NCBI RefSeq assembly: GCF_006345805.1 | Contig: NW_021829220.1 | Coordinates: forward strand, 1 to 6,630 | DNA from: Octopus sinensis | Taxonomy: Eukaryota | Direction of reading: 5' to 3' | DNA: 6,630 nt | In this document: piece after piece, positions 1-6,140 of the stretch | Layout: every line of letters begins with the position of its first letter | How positions within the stretch are numbered: the stretch's first letter is position 1 | Position numbers and translations under genes: made by a program | Notes under the pieces: model-generated | What the model was told of the DNA's origin: nothing | Databases searched by the model: none | The model's input: the letters and a program-made list of their open reading frames with translations, nothing else

Positions 1-75
1 AGTCAACAACAAATATCCATTCTCTAGTTTTCTTCCTTCAATGCTTCGTCATAGGAATTTTTATGTTCTCGTTTG

Positions 76-117
76 AAGAAGAAAAAAAAAAAGAAAGAAG
101 AAAAAGGAAAAAAAAAA
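76..117 (+). repeat. A-rich/GAA purine tract
   Basis: gaagaagaaaaaaaaaaagaaagaagaaaaaggaaaaaaaaaa is read directly from the sequence. Confidence 0.85.
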
Positions 118-162
118 TCATTTCCAACCCCTAATCATTTCCAACCCCTAATCATTTCCAAC
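116..162 (+). repeat. 17-bp tandem repeat (aatcatttccaacccct) x ~2.8
   Basis: Exact copies at 116-132 and 133-149, plus a partial copy at 150-162. Confidence 0.95.
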
Positions 163-356
163 AGAAGCAGAGGACTTGAAATCAGAGGAGGGAGCAGTCA
201 ATCAAATTGACGCTGGTAATCAACTGGAATTTTTATTTTATGACCCATGAGGGATGAAAGCAAAGTTCAGCTAGACGTGATTTGAACACAGAAAATAAAC
301 CATTGTAAATAAATATCTCGACATTTTGGCTGAAGCTCTAACGATTCGAGTAATCT
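152..356 (-). mobile_element. Old, diverged tRNA-derived SINE copy, with its head interrupted by the younger SINE at 357-589
   Basis: It aligns by eye with the body of the 357-589 and 651-858 copies (e.g. gggatgaaagcaaagttc vs aggatgaaaggcaaagtc; gatttgaacacagaa vs aatttgaactcagaa; ctctaacgattc vs tgctaacgtctc). Many substitutions; boundaries approximate. Confidence 0.7.
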
Positions 357-589
357 ATTTCTTTACTACCCACAAGGGGCTAAACACAGAGAGGACAAAC
401 AAGGACAGACAAAGGGATTAAGTCGATTACATCGACCCCAGTGCGTAGCTGGTACTTAATTTATCGACCTCGAAAGGATGAAAGGCAAAGTCGACCTCGG
501 CGGAATTTGAACTCAGAACGTAACGGCAGACGAAATACGGCTACGCATTTCGCTCGGCCGTGCTAACGTCTCTGCCAGCTCACCGCCTT
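357..589 (-). mobile_element. Full-length young tRNA-derived SINE with a perfect 15-bp target-site duplication
   Basis: On the minus strand the head reads aaggcggtgagctggcagagacgttagcac, with a Pol III A-box-like motif at 563-577 and a B box GAGTTCAAATTCC at 502-514, followed by a conserved body (tttcatcctttcgaggtcgataaattaagtaccag). Identical cgattcgagtaatct flanks it at 342-356 and 590-604. Confidence 0.95.
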
Positions 590-650
590 CGATTCGAGTA
601 ATCTGTCCTAATAATAACTATTATTATAAAAACAGCAATAATAATTTTTT

Positions 651-858
651 TTTCTAATTTTGGAATAGTCAACAATTTTAAGGGAGAAGGGGTAAATCGA
701 TTATATTAACTCAAGTACTTGACTGATACTTATTTTATCGAACTCGAAAAGATGAAAGGCAAAGTCGACTTCGGCAGTATTTGAACTAAAAACGTAAAGC
801 CGGAAGAAATGACACAAGGCACTTTTGTTCGGCGTGCTAACTATCCTACAAGGTTACC
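651..858 (-). mobile_element. Older tRNA-derived SINE of a related family with a different 3' tail
   Basis: It shares ttttatcgaactcgaaaagatgaaaggcaaagtcgacttcggcagtatttgaact and ggcgtgctaac with the 357-589 copy. The tail differs (aagggagaaggggtaaatcgatt). Confidence 0.85.
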
Positions 859-860
859 GG

Positions 861-1055
861 GATCTTTACCTTTTGACGTACAGATTTAAAAAATAATGTT
901 TTGTAACTAAACACTGGTAGAATGTGTCATATAAAACATGTTTTACTCTTAGCATTTTTGAGAAAAACTTATATTTACGAAATAATTTCACCTTAAAGTT
1001 CTCGTATTTCGGTAATTTCAACCAATGACGTGTATTCAGCTGAATAAAATTACGT
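861..1055. mobile_element. Possible fragment of a non-autonomous DNA-transposon-like interspersed repeat
   Basis: The block ggtaatttcaaccaatgacgtgtattcagctgaataaaattac and the adjacent AT-rich sequence resemble an octopus repeat I recall. No second terminus is visible in the window, so this cannot be verified here. Confidence 0.3.
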
Positions 1056-2585
1056 CAGAAAGTGAGTCTGGATGAAGTTGAAGAGTAGAAACGGGAGGCA
1101 ATAGGAGTAGAAAAGCTAAGATGTGTTGTTAGAAAGTCTCATAAATAGAGAACACTAGGACTGGACCGGATCCCTAACTTCTGGCTGAATTGTTTGAGAG
1201 AAGTACACCAACATTTTGCTGCATCTCTAACTGATGTCATCCAGAACCCAGAGCAAATACCTGCCTGGCTGACCGAAGGAACAATATACCTTCTACCAAA
1301 AACTGAAGACACGAAAAGTCCAAAGAAATACCGACCAATAACATGCCTCAAGACCGCCTACAAGATCCTCACATCCATACTAACTGACAGAATATACATT
1401 TTCCTGGAACTGAACTTATCCTCCCACAAGCTAAAAAAGGTTGTAAAAGGAATTCTTATGGATGCAAAGATCGATTACTCATAAATAAAATGATTGTAAA
1501 GAACTTACGGAGCAAAAGGAACATGGGTATCGAATGGATAGACTACAGGAAAGCGTTTGATGGTGTCCCACATAATTGGCTACTCAAGGCCCTTGGGATA
1601 TGTAAGATCTCTCCTGTCGTCTCCAAATTCTTACAAGGTAGCATGGCCAAGTGGAATACACGTCTCCTAAACTATAGTAATAGGATGAGCCAATCTAACA
1701 ACATCGACATCAAACGAGGCAGCTTTCAAGGTGACTCCCTCTCCCCATTACTCTTTTGCAAAGCACTGGTCCCACTCTCAAACGAACTGAGTAACACCAG
1801 GTATGGGCTCAAAATGTATAATATTATAGTAAATCCCGTTTTATATGGACGATCTGAAGCTGTTTGCTAGTAGAACTGTTAACAACTGTTAAAGACTTCA
1901 GAAATGGGCATCGTGGTGAATTTTGGCCTTGTTAAGTGTGCTAAAGCAACTTTTGTAAGAGGCAAACTCAAGCAAAAAGCTTCCATTAAATTAGATACCA
2001 ACACTACCACCAAGGAGCTTGACCCACAAGAAAGCTATAAATACCTGGAGATAAACAAAGGAGATGGTACATAACATGCTACCTTGAAGGAAAAAAATAC
2101 GAAAGGAGTATTACAGAAGAATACGACTCATACTAAAAACTGAACTGCAAAAATCGCATCGAAGCCATTAACACCCTGGTACTTCCAGTAGTCCAATACA
2201 GTTTCAACATCATTAACTGGAATCTTATAGAGCTCCAACGTCTGGATAGTAAGACAAGAAAACTACTAACATATAAGAACATGCACCACCCAAAAGCAGG
2301 CGTTGATCGTCTTTACCTATCTAGAAGCAATGGGGCAAGAGGAATGATGCAGGTAGAACTGTGCTATAAGACCTCCACAGTGGCAATGAACAGTACTTAT
2401 CCAGTGCAGAGGATTGGATACTGCGGCTTGTGTGCAAACACGAAGGCAGCAAATCACATTCTGTTGTCAAGGAGGCTTGCAAATTCGAAAGGGAACTTGG
2501 CATTTACCCTGAATTAGATGAAGAACCTGAAACCACTGCCACGGAAAAAGCAGAGCAGATCAAACAGTCTGCAAAAAAGAACGAG
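1056..2585 (+). mobile_element. Non-LTR retrotransposon reverse-transcriptase fragment, pseudogenised and truncated at both ends; motif style resembles the RLE-type R4/Dong clade
   Basis: Stitched frames give GLDRIPNFWL, LLPK...KYRPITCL, KKGCKRNSYGCKDRLLINK (read upstream of ORF 1490), WIDYRKAFDGVPHNW, RGSFQGDSLSPLLF, catalytic YMDD at 1842-1853, EFGLVKCAK, YKYLEI, INTLVLPVVQYSF and HHPKAGVDRLYLSRSNGARG. There are in-frame stops (1086, 1146, ~2072) and several frameshifts (~1410, ~1835, ~1875, ~1910, ~2098, ~2150, ~2400). The RT call is strong; the clade assignment is from motif memory and weaker. Confidence 0.93.
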
Positions 2586-2596
2586 CACGCTTCTTA

Positions 2597-2779
2597 TTTC
2601 TTTATTGCCCACAAGGGGCAAAACATAGAGGGGACAAACGAGGACAGACAAACGGATTAAGTCGATTATATCGACCCCAGTGCGTAACTAGAACTTAATT
2701 TATCGACCCCGAAAGGATGAAAAGCAAAGTCGACCTCGGCGGAATTTGAACTCAGAGCGTAGCGGCAGACGAAATATCA
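2597..2779 (-). mobile_element. 5'-truncated tRNA-derived SINE of the same family as 357-589
   Basis: High similarity to 357-540 (cccacaagggg...gattaagtcgatt...gtcgacctcggcggaatttgaactcag...gcagacgaaata). The B box is present and the A box is missing. A possible 7-bp TSD cttctta lies at 2590-2596 and 2780-2786. Confidence 0.93.
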
Positions 2780-3202
2780 CTTCTTACCACACAGCCACGC
2801 CTGCACCTATATGCTACACAGTCACAAAGAATATTGTGTTTATTTAGTATATTCCTTTGTCTTAATATCTCAACGTAGACCCATTTTGAAAAAAAAAAAA
2901 CGAAACAAATTGTTAACCCAATTCTACCCTGTACCACAGACATCAAGCGAGAGAACTAACATATATTTGAGAAGACATTTCTGTTTTTTTCTTTTTTAAT
3001 GAGTATGTCACGACATCTTCAATTGGAGGTAGTAGTCGGAAAGAAGATCTGAAACCACGCGCTCCTCAGCATATACAAACTGACTCAGTGACCATATCAC
3101 AGAAGGGTGTGGTGTAACTTTTCATGATACATAATAGTATTAAGAAGTAAATAATGAGTTATAACTATTTAGTTGAGCTCATTTTTCCAGGGTTGAACAA
3201 TT

Positions 3203-3207
3203 ACACA

Positions 3208-3265
<58 letters not shown>

Positions 3266-3336
3266 CACACACACAACACACACACACACCTCATGCATAG
3301 AGTGAGAAAGAGAGAGAGAGACAAACAGACACAGAG
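3203..3336. repeat. (CA)n microsatellite followed by a short (AG)n tract
   Basis: Read directly: (CA)n ~3203-3289 and AG-rich ~3301-3336. Confidence 0.97.
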
Positions 3337-3412
3337 TGAAAGTGAAATACAAATATACACAGCCATTGATATATAAATGCGTACAAATATATAAATATAT
3401 ACATTTATATTG

Positions 3413-3520
3413 GTATGTATGTATGTATGTATGTATGTATGTATGTATGTATGTATGTATGTATGTATGTACGTGTGTATGTATGTGTGTATGTATGCAT
3501 GTATGTATGTATGTGTGTAT
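3413..3520. repeat. (TATG)n tetranucleotide microsatellite, degenerating to TGTG variants at the 3' end
   Basis: Read directly. Confidence 0.97.
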
Positions 3521-3546
3521 AGAGTAGTGGAAATACAGAGGAAATA

Positions 3547-3920
3547 CTACAAAGTGGATTCCTTGTATGCTAAAAATAGACACCAAATCATCCTATCGCG
3601 AAAAATATGTTCTCAATTTAGCAATTCGCCAGATGTTTGCGAGCAAGACAAATAAAAGGAAAATAAAAAAAAAAGCAGTTAATTTCATGCCTCGAGGTTT
3701 CGTCATAAATAATTAAGGAATTATCCGTAGCTCCTCAGTGGAATCGGTGTTGATACATAACAATGGAACTAGATACCAGTCGTCTTCGTGAGAGGAAACG
3801 TACTTATAGAGTTCCACTATTATACATCGCAATTTCGTTACAACTGCTAATTTGAGAACACATTTTTCGTGGTAGGACAACTTGGGTCTATCTTCAGCAT
3901 ACAAGGAATCCACTTAGTGG
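3547..3920. mobile_element. 374-bp non-coding element with ~80-bp imperfect terminal inverted repeats, flanked by TA (MITE-like, or an inverted Penelope-type repeat)
   Basis: 3547-3626 vs the reverse complement of 3842-3920 gives about 67/80 identical columns by manual alignment, including a perfect 20-mer aagtggattccttgtatgct (3552-3571 / 3896-3915). TA occurs at 3545-3546 and 3921-3922. Confidence 0.85.
3680..3746 (-). ncRNA. Degenerate type I hammerhead ribozyme motif, probably inactive
   Basis: Minus strand: cgattcca-CUGAGGA-gctacggataatt(cctt)aattatttatgac-GAAAC-ctcgag-GCA-tgaaatta. Both core boxes are canonical. Stem II pairs at 11 of 13 positions (3 G-U) and stem I at 6 of the first 7. 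The cleavage triplet is GCA rather than GUH. Confidence 0.6.
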
Positions 3921-4020
3921 TATATATATCTGAATATAATTTACAGTCCTCGGACGTTTTTTTACGTAGGTTGGCCACCGGTTTAAATTAGTATTATTTA
4001 TATTAATTTCTACCGTTCGT

Positions 4021-4031
4021 ATGATATATAT

Positions 4032-4087
<56 letters not shown>

Positions 4088-4117
4088 TATTATATATATA
4101 TATATATATATACACAC
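4021..4117. repeat. Compound (TA)n/(CA)n/(TA)n microsatellite
   Basis: Read directly. Confidence 0.96.
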
Positions 4118-4193
4118 GATGTCGCGTACTACGTGTTTCAAGCTTTATAAACGACCTATTCTTACATCAGTGTATTATATATATAATATATAT

Positions 4194-4235
<42 letters not shown>

Positions 4236-4318
4236 TGTATATAAATATATATATATATATAATCACTGGTGTAAGAATAAGTCGTTTATAAAGCTTGAAA
4301 CACGTGTATCGCGACATC
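4118..4318. repeat. Fold-back element: 55-bp inverted arms around a ~90-bp (TA)n spacer
   Basis: 4118-4172 vs the reverse complement of 4264-4318 matches at 49/55 positions ungapped, with a perfect 25-mer acgtgtttcaagctttataaacgac. The spacer 4173-4263 is imperfect (TA)n. Confidence 0.92.
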
Positions 4319-4440
4319 CTTTGTGTCCTGTTCTTGATCTTATTTGATATATACACTCTCACCTCTGCCATTAGCTGGCGTATACAGGTGCTTATACTTA
4401 TCAAGTATTCACTCTAAATTTACAGTAAATATATATATAT

Positions 4441-4716
4441 ATCAGATTTAGTTACACATCGCTGGTCACAATGCGTTCGCATTGTTTTAGCCTTCGAATG
4501 ACGCCACCCCACTGGCTAAGCGAGCAGGCCAACAGAAGAAAGAGTAGGAGAAAGAGTGGTGAAAGAGTACAGCAGGGATCGCCACCATCCCCTGCCGGAG
4601 CCTCGTGGAGCTTTTAGGTGTTTTCGCTCAATAAACTCTCACAACGCCCGGTCTGGGAATCGAAACCGCGATCCTACGACCGCGAGTCCGCTGCCCTAAC
4701 CACTGGGCCATTGCGC
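4441..4716 (-). mobile_element. tRNA-derived SINE of a second family, near full length
   Basis: The minus-strand head reads gcgcaatggcccagtggttagggcagcggactcgcggtcgtaggatcgcggtttcgattcccagaccgg, with A box TGGCCCAGTGG at 4700-4710 and a B-box-like GGTTTCGATTCC at 4656-4667. A 3' stem-loop acaatgcg-tt-cgcattgt lies at 4468-4485, and the tail runs into (AT)n. Confidence 0.9.
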
Positions 4717-4726
4717 ATGTAAATTA

Positions 4727-4883
4727 CAGCTACCCAGGGTTTCGTGGCCGAAACATTTATTGCGCCATATTAAACCTAACTCTTCGGTTTAAACGTCATC
4801 TGCTTTAAAGCAACCGTCAAACCGGCTTGTTAGCTTGAAAAATGGCGAAATAAATGTTTCGGTCACGAAACCCTGGATATCTG
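4727..4883. mobile_element. 157-bp MITE with 42-bp TIRs and TA target duplication (Tc1/mariner-superfamily style)
   Basis: 4727-4768 vs the reverse complement of 4842-4883 matches at 38/42. Termini are CAG...CTG, with TA at 4725-4726 and 4884-4885. TA duplication with CAG ends is typical of Tc1/mariner-type elements. Confidence 0.88.
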
Positions 4884-5077
4884 TAATCAGCCGCGCTTCG
4901 TAGATCTCTGAGATTTTTTGGGGCAGGGTACTGAAAAGCCATGGGCCCTTAATGCCTAAACTACTGCAGTATTATATTCTTACTGTAAACGGAGAGGATG
5001 GCACTCTGTTAAAATTCAATGATGTCCAGCTTTCAATTCCAAAGTTAGATGCTAGACCCTTCAGCATTTTTCACTCA

Positions 5078-5101
5078 CGCGCGCGCACACACACACATAC
5101 A

Positions 5102-5186
<85 letters not shown>
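5078..5186. repeat. (CG)n-(CA)n-(TA)n compound microsatellite
   Basis: Read directly. Confidence 0.96.
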
Positions 5187-5188
<2 letters not shown>

Positions 5189-5288
5189 TCAGAGATTTAT
5201 TATTATTTTCAGACAGTTTTTCGAAATCAGTGACGGAAGTTACTAGAAAAACACTTAAGTATTTGCATACAGGTCTTCCTTTTCGTCG

Positions 5289-5368
5289 TCGTAAACCGGT
5301 GATTACTGCCCGTTGACAAGAGGCAACTACCTCGAAACTGCGGTCCGTGCGTAATCACTTGCTTACGA
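5289..5368 (+). ncRNA. Minimal type I hammerhead ribozyme, U3-A8 core variant; predicted cleavage after GUC at 5345
   Basis: Stem I 5' (5299-5312), then core UUGACAA (5313-5319), stem II GAGG/CCTC with a CAACTA loop (5320-5333), GAAAC (5334-5338), UGCG, GUC (5343-5345) and stem I 3' (5346-5358). Stem I is 4/5 bp, a 1-nt bulge, then a perfect 8 bp gtgattac/gtaatcac, plus a distal 6 bp tcgtaa/ttacga. Confidence 0.8.
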
Positions 5369-5506
5369 GAGAGGATGACCTCCCTTTCAAATACCATAAG
5401 GGCACTGATAGTATGCCTAAACCAGCTGGAGACGATGATCGCCTGGGGCTAAAGCTACAGTAACACCCACCCTTTGTGGTTAGCCATATTGAGATGGCTA
5501 TTATAC

Positions 5507-5509
<3 letters not shown>

Positions 5510-5584
<75 letters not shown>
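5510..5584. repeat. (CA)n-(TA)n compound microsatellite
   Basis: Read directly. Confidence 0.97.
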
Positions 5585-5588
<4 letters not shown>

Positions 5589-5693
5589 CGTGAGCAGACA
5601 ACCAAAAGAAGGGCACTCAACATATTTATTGGAAGTTACATGTATGGGTCAAACAGTTTGATTCAAATTCCTTGGTACACCGAATTTCAAGGG

Positions 5694-5795
5694 CATGTAT
5701 ACACACACACTCACATATATATGCACACGCATGCGGGCATGCTTATGTTGTGCGGGTGTATACACGCACACACGCAGACGCGCGCACGCATATAA
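5694..5795. repeat. Degenerate alternating purine-pyrimidine tract (CA/TA/CG/TG mix)
   Basis: tgtatacacacacactcacatatatatgcacacgcatgc...tgtatacacgcacacacgcagacgcgcgcacgcatat. Confidence 0.75.
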
Positions 5796-6140
5796 ACTCG
5801 TGTGGTTATGTACAAACAGCGAGAAAATGCGAGTAGACAGGCATGAACAAGCGTTGAGGATTGGTGATTTCGATCCTGCATATGGGGATCAGTTTGTGAC
5901 GGTGACCTTGGTGCAGATGGTGCAGGGGTGTAGCTAGTACAAAGAAAGGTATATCTGGGTTGTCGGCGGCTTGTAGCTTGAAACTTACCAGAAGGGTATA
6001 TCTCTGGTGACAGCAATAGGATAGGTTGTAAATCTTGTAGATGGATACAGCGGGTTGGTAGAGGATATGCAGTTTTTCGTGGAGGCAGAGCTGGCCATTA
6101 GGGGCCGGGTGAATATGGCATTTCCTGTCGACAATAGTCC
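5790..6140 (-). mobile_element. Possible highly decayed Penelope-like element fragment (RT thumb/linker to the start of GIY-YIG)
   Basis: Across frames the minus strand gives NAIFTRPLMAS, HLQDLQPILL, SGKFQATSRR and DRNHQSSTLVHACLLAFSRCLYIT. These loosely follow the order I recall for PLE proteins (AIF..PPL, NL.D.LV, GTF.C.R, FTC.SSNLVYCI.C..C..LYIG). Similarity is weak and judged by eye only. Confidence 0.3.

Noticed and set aside
711-722. 12-bp perfect palindrome tcaagtacttga
   Set aside because: It lies within a diverged SINE and is not shared by the other copies, so it is likely chance.
1139-2999. Antisense or short ORFs 1139-1351, 2321-2503, 2752-2946 and 2811-2999
   Set aside because: They are shadow frames of the LINE or SINE, or low-complexity sequence, with no protein motifs.
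3004-3070. atcttc/gaagat hairpin followed by GAAAC, and CUGAGGA on the minus strand
   Set aside because: The two core boxes are on opposite strands, and neither strand gives a complete core with a cleavage triplet.
3169-3655. ORFs 3169-3366, 3209-3586, 3336-3527 and 3410-3655
   Set aside because: These are translations of (CA)n and (TATG)n microsatellites, which lack stops in some frames; there is no coding signal.
3850-3897. CUGAAGA...GAAA in the right TIR arm (minus strand) as a third hammerhead
   Set aside because: Four unpaired nucleotides separate stem II from GAAA, there is no stem I, and the left arm reads CTAAAAA.
3894-4404. ORFs 3894-4115, 4021-4347 and 4162-4404 (poly-YI/HT)
   Set aside because: They are artefacts of (TA)n/(CA)n tracts and the fold-back arms.
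4640-4716. tRNA gene call for the SINE heads (also 500-589)
   Set aside because: The A and B boxes are present, but they run into SINE bodies and I could not fold a complete cloverleaf with an acceptor stem.
4414-4729. taaatttacag (4414-4424) and taaattacag (4720-4729) as a TSD for the 4441-4716 SINE
   Set aside because: The match is imperfect, not flush with the SINE ends, AT-rich, and overlaps the MITE terminus.
4952-5233. 93-aa ORF MPKLLQYY...
   Set aside because: Half of it is microsatellite, and the N-terminal part has no recognisable motif or convincing splice context.
5215-5463. Reading frame interrupted by a single TGA (5314-5316), briefly considered as selenocysteine or readthrough
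   Set aside because: The TGA is the UGA of the hammerhead core. The peptide is unrecognisable and I identified no SECIS.
5983-6126. Minus-strand perfect donor GTAAGT (5983-5988) suggesting an exon
   Set aside because: The upstream acceptor lacks a polypyrimidine tract, the peptide is unrecognisable, and the region looks repeat-derived.
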